Assembly (NCBI GenBank): GCA_050747885.1
Contig: JBOGJO010000034.1
Location: 69 to 64,068 of the forward strand
DNA length: 64,000 bases
Direction: 5' to 3'
Source of the DNA: Thermoanaerobaculia bacterium
GTDB taxonomy: Bacteria > Acidobacteriota > Thermoanaerobaculia > UBA5066 > DATFVB01
Shown piece after piece: positions 40,252-48,587 of this stretch. Every line of letters begins with the position of its first letter. Position 1 is the first letter of the stretch. The translations under genes were made by a program, and so were the position numbers. The notes beneath the pieces were generated by a model, which was given only the letters and a program-made list of their open reading frames with translations, ran no database searches and was not told the origin of the DNA.

Positions 40252-40437
40252 CTAAACCCGCATGAGTTGCGGGGGGTTGTCGTAGTGGCGGTCGCGGTCA
40301 TGCAGCACAGAGTTGCTCTGGAGGACGAGCGCGGCGACCCACATGTCGTTGGTCGGAATTGGAGTTCCGGCGACGCGGAGCTGTCGGAAGAGCGACACGA
40401 GGCGTGCGGTTTTCTCTTCGCCGCGGCAGAGATCCAC
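40252..40437 (-). pseudogene. Truncated PIN-domain (VapC-like) toxin remnant
   Basis: Translation …GTPIPTNDMWVAALVLQSNSVLHDRDRHY… matches the VapC C-terminal ND.WIAA…L.T.D motif. Only about 60 aa are present. Confidence 0.4.
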
Positions 40438-40464
40438 GTGGCGGTTCGTGTCGAGTCCTGAGCA

Positions 40465-40935
40465 TCACTTTCGCCCCGTCGGCCTTGAGAGATGGGCGGC
40501 GCAATTGATGAACCCCGGCTCACGAATCGAGCCGCAAATCGGACACAGCCCGGCCTTTCGTCGTTTCGCCACCCGCTGTCTCGCGTAGGCGCGCTCTTGC
40601 TCGCGATGAAAACGGCAAAGCCGAGTTCCCGTCTTCACAGCTTTGCCGCACCTCTCGCAGCGCCCCGCCCTTGCGCGTTGGCGCTTCAGGGCACGGCTGA
40701 AGTCGCGCATTTCCTTGAGATGTCTCTTGCAGCAAACGTGAGGCTTAGAGGCTGGGCGGGCGCACTTGACGCACCGCCCGACTGCCTTCAGCTCTGATGT
40801 TCTGCGGCGCGAATGCTCGGCGCGCATTCTCCGGTGCTCGCCGCAGACCGACAGTCCGCGAAGACGCTTCTTCGTGCAGTGAGAGCACCGGTCAGAAAGC
40901 TTGCGTCGGTGGATCGCTTTGCGTCTGGAGGTCAT
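40465..40935 (-). CDS. Basic protein with four tandem C-x2-C-x9-11-C-x2-H zinc-finger-like repeats
   Basis: Repeats CSHC…CGEH, CVKC…CCKRH, CERCG…CRFH, CPICG…CAAH. Each is followed by an Arg/Lys-rich stretch. Codon usage is atypical for this genome. Confidence 0.6.
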   Translation of the reverse strand: MTSRRKAIHRRKLSDRCSHCTKKRLRGLSVCGEHRRMRAEHSRRRTSELKAVGRCVKCARPASKPHVCCKRHLKEMRDFSRALKRQRARAGRCERCGKAVKTGTRLCRFHREQERAYARQRVAKRRKAGLCPICGSIREPGFINCAAHLSRPTGRK

Positions 40936-40953
40936 GGCCTCTCGCACTCGCCG

Positions 40954-42063
40954 TCATCGCCTCTCTTCTATCGGGGGCGGCGCCAAGGGCTGAACCGGGC
41001 CGGAGATCGATGGTTCCACGTTCTGAGGAGGCGCGATCTCACTTGATCGTTCTGCTTCGGGGCGCAGCTTGCCGAGAAGAGAGGAGAAAGACTTCGCCGT
41101 GTCGTCGGAGCCAGCCGGAAACCTTCCGAGAAAGAACTGGATCTGGCTCTTTGAGGCCGTGGCCGGAATGACCACCACCCGGGCGGTGGCGAAGACTTTC
41201 GATAGACTCGCTCGATAGAGCCTCGCGCGGCCTGCCGCCGGGGAGCGAGCCACCTGGTCCGCAATCGCCAGAAAAGTCTGCCGTTCAGCCCGCGCCGCCT
41301 CGGTGATCTCCTTGTTCCGGCTTTCTGCCTGTCGGACGTCGGTCTCGGCCTGCGCGCGGGCAAGTGAAAGTGCTTGCGACGCTTTTCCCTGAGCCTCGCT
41401 CACCCGCCTTTCTCTCCAGGCGGCCGCGTCGGATACTGCGTTGAAGGCGCCCGCCGCCTCCGCGGGTGGGCTGACCGCCGCGAGGGAGACCTGAAGCAGA
41501 ACGATTCCCGTGCGTGTTTGCTCGGCTGCGGCCTGAGCGGCGCTTCGGACAGCTTCCTGCAGAGCGCTCTTTCCCGTGGTCAGCACTTCGTCGACCGGCA
41601 AAATGCTGATCTCGCGGGCCAGCGCGGCAATTGCGGAATCGAGCAGCACGCCGTTGGGGTCGTATTGCGCAGTACGAAACAGGCCGGCATCCTCGATCCG
41701 GTACTGCAACTGTCCGCTGATCTCGACGAGATTTTCGTCGCCGGTAATGAACTCCAGCGTTTCTGTCTCTCTTCTGTTTAAAGGAAGCGATCGCACCGCC
41801 CCGACCGCTACGACCTCGAATTCCTCCATCAGGGGAATAGCAAAGGTCGCCCCCGGCGACACTCGGCCGTCCACGAGCTTCCCGAGCCTTCGCCGGAGAC
41901 CCCGCTCGTCATTGCGGACCACCCGGATTCCCGAAGCCATGAGAACGAGAAGGGCGAGAAGAAGACTCGCGAGCGCGCCTATGCGTCGGCGCCGATACAG
42001 GGCGGCTGCGGCCGCCCGAATCCTGACGACGTGACGGGGCTGGGTCAATTCGGGTTCGTTCAT
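40954..42063 (-). CDS. SPFH/Band-7 family protein (HflK/HflC-like)
   Basis: N-terminal TM. SPFH core …LEFITGDENLVEISGQLQYRIEDAGLF…. Coiled-coil Ala/Glu-rich C-terminus. Start overlaps the upstream stop (ATGA). Confidence 0.8.
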   Translation of the reverse strand: MNEPELTQPRHVVRIRAAAAALYRRRRIGALASLLLALLVLMASGIRVVRNDERGLRRRLGKLVDGRVSPGATFAIPLMEEFEVVAVGAVRSLPLNRRETETLEFITGDENLVEISGQLQYRIEDAGLFRTAQYDPNGVLLDSAIAALAREISILPVDEVLTTGKSALQEAVRSAAQAAAEQTRTGIVLLQVSLAAVSPPAEAAGAFNAVSDAAAWRERRVSEAQGKASQALSLARAQAETDVRQAESRNKEITEAARAERQTFLAIADQVARSPAAGRARLYRASLSKVFATARVVVIPATASKSQIQFFLGRFPAGSDDTAKSFSSLLGKLRPEAERSSEIAPPQNVEPSISGPVQPLAPPPIEERR

Positions 42064-42956
42064 GGGTGATGGGCGCCCGTTCCCGGCCCCTCATTGAGCA
42101 CCTTCAGCATCGGACTCTTCGAGTCGAGAAAGATTGTGGTCTCGGCTCCGATCGACTTTTCGTACCCGTGCAGGGCTCGAAGAAACTCGTAGAGCCGCGG
42201 GTCGCGCCGATACGCCTCCCCGACGAGGCGCGTGGCTTCGGCCTCGCCCTGCCCCCGAAGAATCTCGGCGTCTCGCGCCGCTTCGGCCAGGAGTGTGCGT
42301 CGCCTCTCGTCGGCCTCGGCTTCGATCTTCTGACCCGCCTCTTCCCCTTCGGAGCGAAGGCGCAAGGCGATCCGGGCTCGCTCAGCGCGCATTCTCGCGA
42401 CGATCGCTTCCCGGTTCTGGCCCGGAAAATGGACCTGTGAAAGCCACGCCGCGTCTGCCTCAACGCCGAGACTCGCCCTCGCGAACGCGTCCACCCTCTG
42501 CCGGACTCGTTCGGTGAGCTCCGCCGTCCGAACGGTGCCCGGCTGGGTGGAGAAGAAAGCCTCCGATGGCATGCGCCCGGCGGCTGATCCGAGGGAGGAG
42601 ATCGCGAGATCGATCAACCGGGCTTCGGCACCGTCGACGTCCCGGACTCGTTGGAGGAAGAGAGCCGGGTCGGAGATTCGCCAGAGCAACGAAAGCTCCA
42701 GCACGAGGTTTTTCTTGTCGGATGTCAGGAACTCCGTCGGCGGAATCCGAAACAGTATCCGGCGGCGATCCAGCCGGAACACCGACCCGATCGGCCTCGG
42801 GAGAATCAGGTGCGGCCCCGGCGCGAGAGGGCCGGAGACGAGGCGCCCGAACCTCGTTGCGAGGGCGACCTCGGTTTCGTCGACAATGACCAGGGAGTCG
42901 AGCGCCAGTGCGACGATCGCCCCGACGAGCAGGAACGCGAGTGTCGTCTTTTTCAT
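42060..42956 (-). CDS. SPFH/Band-7 family protein (HflC-like)
   Basis: MKKTTLAFLLVGAIVALAL… (signal anchor). …FLTSDKKNLVLELSLLWRISDP…. ATGA overlaps at both ends. Confidence 0.8.
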   Translation of the reverse strand: MKKTTLAFLLVGAIVALALDSLVIVDETEVALATRFGRLVSGPLAPGPHLILPRPIGSVFRLDRRRILFRIPPTEFLTSDKKNLVLELSLLWRISDPALFLQRVRDVDGAEARLIDLAISSLGSAAGRMPSEAFFSTQPGTVRTAELTERVRQRVDAFARASLGVEADAAWLSQVHFPGQNREAIVARMRAERARIALRLRSEGEEAGQKIEAEADERRRTLLAEAARDAEILRGQGEAEATRLVGEAYRRDPRLYEFLRALHGYEKSIGAETTIFLDSKSPMLKVLNEGPGTGAHHP

Positions 42957-45247
42957 GGAGGTGCGGGTCCTTTCATGTCGGTCTTGGGGGCAGCCGGCGT
43001 GCCCCAGTCGAAGATTCTCGGCTCGACATTGGCGGGGAGGATGACCTTCGGCCGTCCGTGCAGCGCACGCTCGATCGTGTTCCACCAGAGACGGAGCCGT
43101 GAGGCTGCGAGCCGGCCTGCAGCGGCCGCCGCCTGGAGCTGGAAGGAATGCCCTTCTCCTTCGGCCCGCAGGATCGTCTCCGTGCGATCCGACCGGGCGG
43201 CGGCCAGCTCCGTGGACGCCTGAGCGCGAGCGAGAGGAAGCGCGGAGTCGAGCTTTCCGCGGGCCTCGAAGATCCTGCGTTCTTTCTCCTCTGCGGCGCT
43301 GCCGACATCCCGAAACGCTGCGACCGTCTCTTGCGGTGGATGGAAGTCCAGTATGTTGACCGCGCCAACCGAGAGCGGAATGCCACTGCGGTCAAGCTCT
43401 TCCTGAAGTCGAGCACGCGCGGTTTCTTCGAGCTCTCCCCGCTGCTCTGTCAAGGACGTGTCGATCCCGCGTGTCGCGAGAAGGCTCTTGACGACGCTCA
43501 AGAACGGCGGGCGGACCGCGTCGATACCGTCGCGGGTTCGAAATGCCAGCTGGTACGGGTCCCGTACCCTCAGGTGGAGCGCGGCTTTGATCTCGACCAG
43601 ATTCTGATCGCCTGCCACGAACGATGCTTCTCCGGGCATGTCGTCCGAGCTCGTGTAGATCGAGTGCCAGTATTCAGAAAAGGGATCCCAACGGATTCCC
43701 TGATAATCGGCGACCGGCTTCCCACGGAACCCCACATCGACCTTGAGAAGTTGCTCCGCCGGAACGACCCTGAAGGCGCCCAGCGGCGGCGGCAGCGCCC
43801 AGTGCCATCCCGCGGGGAGCGCGAATGGATTCGCACGGCCGAGAGTCTCTCGAATGGCGACCGAGCCCGGCGGGACACTGACGAATCCTCGCGCCATCCA
43901 TAGCAAGACCGCGACAGCGCCGCCGGCGCCGATCAGACGAACCTTGTTCGCGGTCTCGGCTCTGTGGAGGCCCGACTGAAGACCTCGCCGAGCGGTCTCG
44001 GGAACGAGACCTTGCACGGCTTCACGGATCTCCCGGCGTCCTTGCTGCCATCCCACACGAAGCAGTGACACGAAAAAGACAATTCCAAAAAGGACGCCGA
44101 AGAGAATCTCCCAGCCCGAAACGTTCTCCGTCAACAGCGGCTGGCCGGTATATCCGGGCCCGGTCAATGAGCGGCGCAGCCCATGAAGAATCAGCCCGAA
44201 TGCCAGCGAAATCGAAAAGCACGAAATCAGGAGGGCCCGAATATATTTTCGGCCGAAATGCCGACGCAGGACGAGAAGGCTTGCTGGATTCGTGATGGGC
44301 CCGGTCAGGAAAATCACGAGCGCCGCGGCGGGGAAGAGGCCTTTGGCGACAAGGACGGCCGCCAGCGGGATCGTCCCGGAGGCACACACGTTCAGGGGGA
44401 TGGCGATGAGCGCCGCGAAGACGAACTGGCCGAACAGTCCCCCGGGAATTCGGGACGCAAAATCCTGCGGCAGAAGCGAGGCGAGAAAACCGGATAGCAG
44501 AAACCCGAAGAGGAGCGGCCAGGCTATCGCGTCGAGGAGCTCTCCGAAGCCATAGAGTGAGACTTCTCGAAGGGCTCGGGCCGCCTTCACAAGGAGCGGG
44601 CTCGCGGTCGCCGGCCTCTTATTGGCGCCCGGCGCTTCGCGCTCCACCGCAACGTCCGAAATAGCGACCGGCTGCGGTCGCGCCCGGAAGGCTACCCATT
44701 TGCGGCGAATGAGGTGTAGCCAAAGATTCATGCGCCGCCATCCGCGCGGCAACTTCCGCCGGGAGTCGAGACCCGGCGTCATTGCATCCGCCGTCGCGCT
44801 CGGCGCATCAGGAGGTCCCCAGGCTGCCGAGGCGATAACAAGAACCGCGCCGAGAATCGCCGCGCACAACCCGGCAACGACCCTGGCGATGGCGAAGCCC
44901 CAACCAAAGAGACCCGCTGTGAGAAAGACCGCATCCGGGCTGTCTTCCGGCGTCGAGACCAGGAACGCAGCCACACTCTCGGGCGTGGCGCCCTGCTTTC
45001 TGAGCTCGAGCGCGACCGGGAGAGTGCCGCAGGAGCAGATGGGAAGCGCTACCCCCGTCATGAGCCCGGCTCGAACGGATCGCAAACCTGGCGAGGATAA
45101 GCTTCGCCGAATTCGTCTCCTTCCGCTGACGAACCGGTGGAAGAAACCTGCGACGATGAGGCCGGCAAGCAGGTAGCCGCTGCTTCTCGCGAAAAGTTGA
45201 AGCGAGAGCGAAAGCGTCTGCTCGACGAGGCCCAGAAAGCCGCTCAC
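42953..45247 (-). CDS. Fusion protein: COG0701/DUF318-type permease (ArsP/SO_0444-like, CSCG motif) plus a C-terminal SPFH (HflK-like) domain
   Basis: N-terminal about 330 aa polytopic region with the GVALPICSCGTLPVALEL motif. C-terminal …FVAGDQNLVEIKAALHLRVRDPYQLAF… SPFH domain and coiled coil. Confidence 0.7.
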   Translation of the reverse strand: MSGFLGLVEQTLSLSLQLFARSSGYLLAGLIVAGFFHRFVSGRRRIRRSLSSPGLRSVRAGLMTGVALPICSCGTLPVALELRKQGATPESVAAFLVSTPEDSPDAVFLTAGLFGWGFAIARVVAGLCAAILGAVLVIASAAWGPPDAPSATADAMTPGLDSRRKLPRGWRRMNLWLHLIRRKWVAFRARPQPVAISDVAVEREAPGANKRPATASPLLVKAARALREVSLYGFGELLDAIAWPLLFGFLLSGFLASLLPQDFASRIPGGLFGQFVFAALIAIPLNVCASGTIPLAAVLVAKGLFPAAALVIFLTGPITNPASLLVLRRHFGRKYIRALLISCFSISLAFGLILHGLRRSLTGPGYTGQPLLTENVSGWEILFGVLFGIVFFVSLLRVGWQQGRREIREAVQGLVPETARRGLQSGLHRAETANKVRLIGAGGAVAVLLWMARGFVSVPPGSVAIRETLGRANPFALPAGWHWALPPPLGAFRVVPAEQLLKVDVGFRGKPVADYQGIRWDPFSEYWHSIYTSSDDMPGEASFVAGDQNLVEIKAALHLRVRDPYQLAFRTRDGIDAVRPPFLSVVKSLLATRGIDTSLTEQRGELEETARARLQEELDRSGIPLSVGAVNILDFHPPQETVAAFRDVGSAAEEKERRIFEARGKLDSALPLARAQASTELAAARSDRTETILRAEGEGHSFQLQAAAAAGRLAASRLRLWWNTIERALHGRPKVILPANVEPRIFDWGTPAAPKTDMKGPAPP

Positions 45248-45283
45248 ATCATCTCGGCGTCCGGGGAAGCGTGTCCGTCATCG

Positions 45284-47716
45284 TCAGAACGTGTACTTCA
45301 CTCTCGCCGCCAGCGTCCTCGGCGGAATCACGTGCGTTCCGCCGAAGGTCGAGAGCACGTTGTAGACACCTTTCTTATCGAAGGCGTTGAGTAAGTCGAC
45401 CTGCAACGAGACGGGAACTCCGTAGCGCGTTAGATCGGCCCCGGCAGAGAAATTCCAGATCGTGCGGGGCTTGATCCGGTTTGGATCGAGGTTCGTGTTC
45501 GACGTGAAGTTGATGTATGGGTACGCGAAGGCGTTGTCCGGGTCCTGCAGGATCGTTTGGTCCGCCCCGGTGACGAGCCCGGAATCGTAACGGGCCATCG
45601 CCGCCGCCCAGAACCCGGACGATCCAAAGGCATAGTTCAACCCGCCCTGAATTTGGAGTTTCTCGTCGTGGTCGATGACGAAGGGCCCCCCGTTGACGGC
45701 GTCGAGCGCGCCCGAGTCCAGGAAGAGGCCGCCAGCCAGCGGCGGCACGTAGATGGCGCGCGTGTGGCCGACCGAAAGGTACCCTCGAAAGCCATCGATG
45801 GGAGCCGAGTCCAGGCGCACGTTCCACCCGTGGAGTTTTCCTTGCGAAAACGCCAGCGGAAAGACGATCCCCGTGTTCTGGAACTGGTCCTGGTCACCCG
45901 CAAATTTCGAGTCGCGCCGCCAAAAATCGACATCCAGGCGGACATAGGGGCCGACTTGCTGCTGGAGTCCCAGGTCATACGCGTCCTGCCGCTCCGACGG
46001 GACGAAGAGGAGACCGTCGCCGAGCGCTCTCGACTGCTGCACGTCCGGCGGGGCCAGCGCCGCGGCCTCTTCCGAGGAGGAGAAGAGGATGTTCTCGTAC
46101 TCCGGTGTCTCGAAGATCCGGTTGTACGAGGCTCGAAAGACGGACTTCGTTTGGGAAATGAAGTAGCTCACACCGACTCTCGGCTCGAGCTGGGATTCTT
46201 TCAGTGGAAAGCTATTATGGTCATAGCGCAGTCCGATCTGTGCCGTGAGATTTCCGAGCCGGATCGTGTCCTCCGCGAATCCGGCCAGGTAAGTGACCGT
46301 CTTGGATTGTTCGAACCGGAAGACTGCGCCCCCTCGCGTGAGGTCATAAGGCGCGAGATTGGGATTGTAATCGGGCGACGAGGGATCGTTGAGGTTCGGG
46401 TCGGTGATCCCAAAGGAGAACCGCTCTTGAATGGGATAGCTCTTCAAGATGGCTCCGAACTTGAGCTCGTTCGCGTTGCCCACCTGAATCGAGAGTGTCG
46501 GCTGGACGCCGTAGTTATCGAGCGACCGCTTGGAGCTCGTGATGACCGACGGGTCGTTGGGCGAACCGCGGTACGTGAACCGGTTGTTCCGGGCGAAAAG
46601 CGTCGTGTCGAGCACGGTCGTCGAGCCGAAGACGTGTTGCCATCCGAGGTTCGCGTTCCAGTCGGTCGTCTCGACGGTGTTGTCCGTATCCGCGGCCTGC
46701 TGTGTGAGCGTGTTCGTCACATCCCGATTGGTCCTCCCGATGAGTCCCGAAAGTCGGAAGCTGTCGCCGCCGCCTGGCGTCGTTCTGTCGAGGCGTAGGA
46801 AGGCCCGTTCGGTGTCGCCGTGGTTGTGAAAATTGTCAAAGTTGACGGGATCGAGGAACCGATCGGATTTCGAGCCGTCCACGGACCCGAAGTACCCGAG
46901 GGTATCGGAGCCCCCTCCCACCGAGGCCCCGGCGTCGTAGGTGCCAAACTTCGCGCCGCCCGCGTGGACGTCCCCGTGCGGGCCGCCGGTTCCGAGGCCC
47001 GATTTCGTCGTCAGATTGATGACCGCTGCAATCTTCTCGCCGTATTCGGCCGGCACGTTCCCGTAGATGACCTCCGCGGACTGAAGAATGCCGGGGTCGA
47101 TCGAGTTCGAAAACGTCGTGCCGATCTGGTCCGTGATCGGCTGGCCGTCGACGACGTAGCTCTGCTGGCTGTGCGCGCCCTGAAAGTGGTAGCGCCCGTT
47201 CTCGTCGGCGGAGAAACCGGGCGCCTGGATGACAAGCGCTTCCATGCCGCGCGACGGAGTCGCCGCAGGTGCGTGCTCGATGAACGACTTGTCTATGTCG
47301 ACGTGCGATTGCGACGAATCGGTCTCAAGGACCGCCGCCGGCTTCTCCGCCTCCACCTTCACCGTTGCTGTCACCGATTCGAGAGCGAGGGTCACGGGCT
47401 GATCGATCGGCGCGGTGCTCCGCACGTCGATTGCGAGGTGTTGCGTCGCGAAGCCCTGCACCTCGACGTGGAGTTCGTAGGGGTTGAACGGAACGTTGAA
47501 GAATGAGTATTTCCCGTCCGCTTCCGTTACGGCCTGCGCCTTGAACCCGGTGATGTCGTTGCGAAGGACGAGCGGAACGCCCCCCATCGGTTTCCCGTCG
47601 GGTCCGGTTACCGTCCCGCGAATCGAACCGGCGGCAAGCGCCGCGAGACAGTTGTTCCTACCCAGGACAAGCGAGACGGACAAAGTCAAAATCGATATCA
47701 GGATGCGATTTCTCAC
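45284..47716 (-). CDS. TonB-dependent outer-membrane receptor with N-terminal CarboxypepD_reg-like domain
   Basis: GTG start after GGGAGGAAA. Signal peptide. …GTVTGPDGKPMGGVPLVL…TEADGKYSF… is a CarbopepD_reg fold. Plug and 22-strand-barrel length (810 aa). C-terminal …KYTF. Confidence 0.85.
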   Translation of the reverse strand: MRNRILISILTLSVSLVLGRNNCLAALAAGSIRGTVTGPDGKPMGGVPLVLRNDITGFKAQAVTEADGKYSFFNVPFNPYELHVEVQGFATQHLAIDVRSTAPIDQPVTLALESVTATVKVEAEKPAAVLETDSSQSHVDIDKSFIEHAPAATPSRGMEALVIQAPGFSADENGRYHFQGAHSQQSYVVDGQPITDQIGTTFSNSIDPGILQSAEVIYGNVPAEYGEKIAAVINLTTKSGLGTGGPHGDVHAGGAKFGTYDAGASVGGGSDTLGYFGSVDGSKSDRFLDPVNFDNFHNHGDTERAFLRLDRTTPGGGDSFRLSGLIGRTNRDVTNTLTQQAADTDNTVETTDWNANLGWQHVFGSTTVLDTTLFARNNRFTYRGSPNDPSVITSSKRSLDNYGVQPTLSIQVGNANELKFGAILKSYPIQERFSFGITDPNLNDPSSPDYNPNLAPYDLTRGGAVFRFEQSKTVTYLAGFAEDTIRLGNLTAQIGLRYDHNSFPLKESQLEPRVGVSYFISQTKSVFRASYNRIFETPEYENILFSSSEEAAALAPPDVQQSRALGDGLLFVPSERQDAYDLGLQQQVGPYVRLDVDFWRRDSKFAGDQDQFQNTGIVFPLAFSQGKLHGWNVRLDSAPIDGFRGYLSVGHTRAIYVPPLAGGLFLDSGALDAVNGGPFVIDHDEKLQIQGGLNYAFGSSGFWAAAMARYDSGLVTGADQTILQDPDNAFAYPYINFTSNTNLDPNRIKPRTIWNFSAGADLTRYGVPVSLQVDLLNAFDKKGVYNVLSTFGGTHVIPPRTLAARVKYTF

Positions 47717-47798
47717 GGGTTTCCTCCCTCAAATGTGAACCCCTGCGCGCGCGGCGCAAGCCGCGAGCGATACCGTTGTCTATTCGTTCGACGGGGGA

Positions 47799-48209
47799 TC
47801 AGATGAGGGAGGGAGGACCGCGGGCAAGAGATTCGGAACGGAATCCAGAGAGTTGAGGACGATCCTGGGCGGCGCGAACAGCTTCAACTGTTGCGAGAAA
47901 GATCCGCGCGGGGGGTTGAACTTGAATGCCGGTGAGGTGCTGACGCAGACAGGCGAGGCAGGGTTCGACTTCGACGATCAGGTCCGGGTGCCAGTGGGAA
48001 GCCGTCGGGTTGGCGCAGGAGATCTCGTGAACCTCGCGGACCGTGTTCGAGTCGTCAAAAAGCCATTCCGCCGTCAGCGAGCTTGAGTGATGATGGGTCG
48101 CCGTTGCGACGACCACCTGGGAGAGCAAGACAAGAAGCGTGATCCCAAACCGGAGAGAGGTTCGCGTATTTCGGCAGGCTTCACGCCGGCTCACACGGTT
48201 GGTGGTCAT
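47799..48209 (-). CDS. Small secreted His/Cys-rich protein (possible periplasmic metal-binding protein, DUF2946-like)
   Basis: Start MTTNRVS…. TM/signal segment LRFGITLLVLLSQVVVATA followed by THHHSS and CLACL. Lies directly upstream of the TonB-dependent receptor. Confidence 0.4.
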   Translation of the reverse strand: MTTNRVSRREACRNTRTSLRFGITLLVLLSQVVVATATHHHSSSLTAEWLFDDSNTVREVHEISCANPTASHWHPDLIVEVEPCLACLRQHLTGIQVQPPARIFLATVEAVRAAQDRPQLSGFRSESLARGPPSLI

Positions 48210-48438
48210 TCCACCGGAGGATACCACTCCCGGGACGGCGATTCTCTGTGTCCACATGCGTTTTTGCGTCGTCGCTCTCGATCCGATCAGACCGAGGACC
48301 CAGAATAGGCCTACGACGGCCCGGTCGTGACTTACGGCACGATGATGATGCCGGGGCCCTTGACCACCGAGCAGTTGCTTCCGCCGTTGTCGCAGAGGGA
48401 AGCCGTGTCGTCGTACGGCTTGCCGCTACTCGCGTCCT

Positions 48439-48526
48439 GACGATGAAAATTCCCGAGACCCTGCGGGAGCAATATTACGGCGACGGAAACTCGCTCTTCT
48501 TTCGCTGGATTGCGGCGAGGTGACTG
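48439..48526 (+). repeat. 88-bp direct repeat copy B (same 26-aa peptide ORF)
   Basis: See copy A. Followed 8 nt later by the tRNA 3'-half repeat. Confidence 0.8.
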
Positions 48527-48533
48527 AAAGACG

Positions 48534-48578
48534 TCAGACTTCGGATTTGAGGGTTGGGGGCTCGAATCCCTCCGGGCG
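48534..48578 (+). repeat. Direct repeat of the tRNA-Arg 3' half (att-like remnant)
   Basis: cagacttcggatTtgagggttgggggCtcgaatccctccgggcg matches the tRNA sequence at 43 of 45 positions. Confidence 0.75.
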
Positions 48579-48587
48579 GTTCGCGCC

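Larger units (their letters stand above)
39901..48578. mobile_element. Putative degraded tRNA-Arg-associated genomic island (no integrase), bounded by a 45-bp direct repeat of the tRNA 3' half
   Basis: 48534-48578 repeats tRNA positions 39851-39895 with 2 mismatches. Enclosed genes have visibly lower GC3 and atypical codon usage (AGA, TTT, CAT, AAT). Contains a VapC remnant and internal 88-bp direct repeats. Confidence 0.5.
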
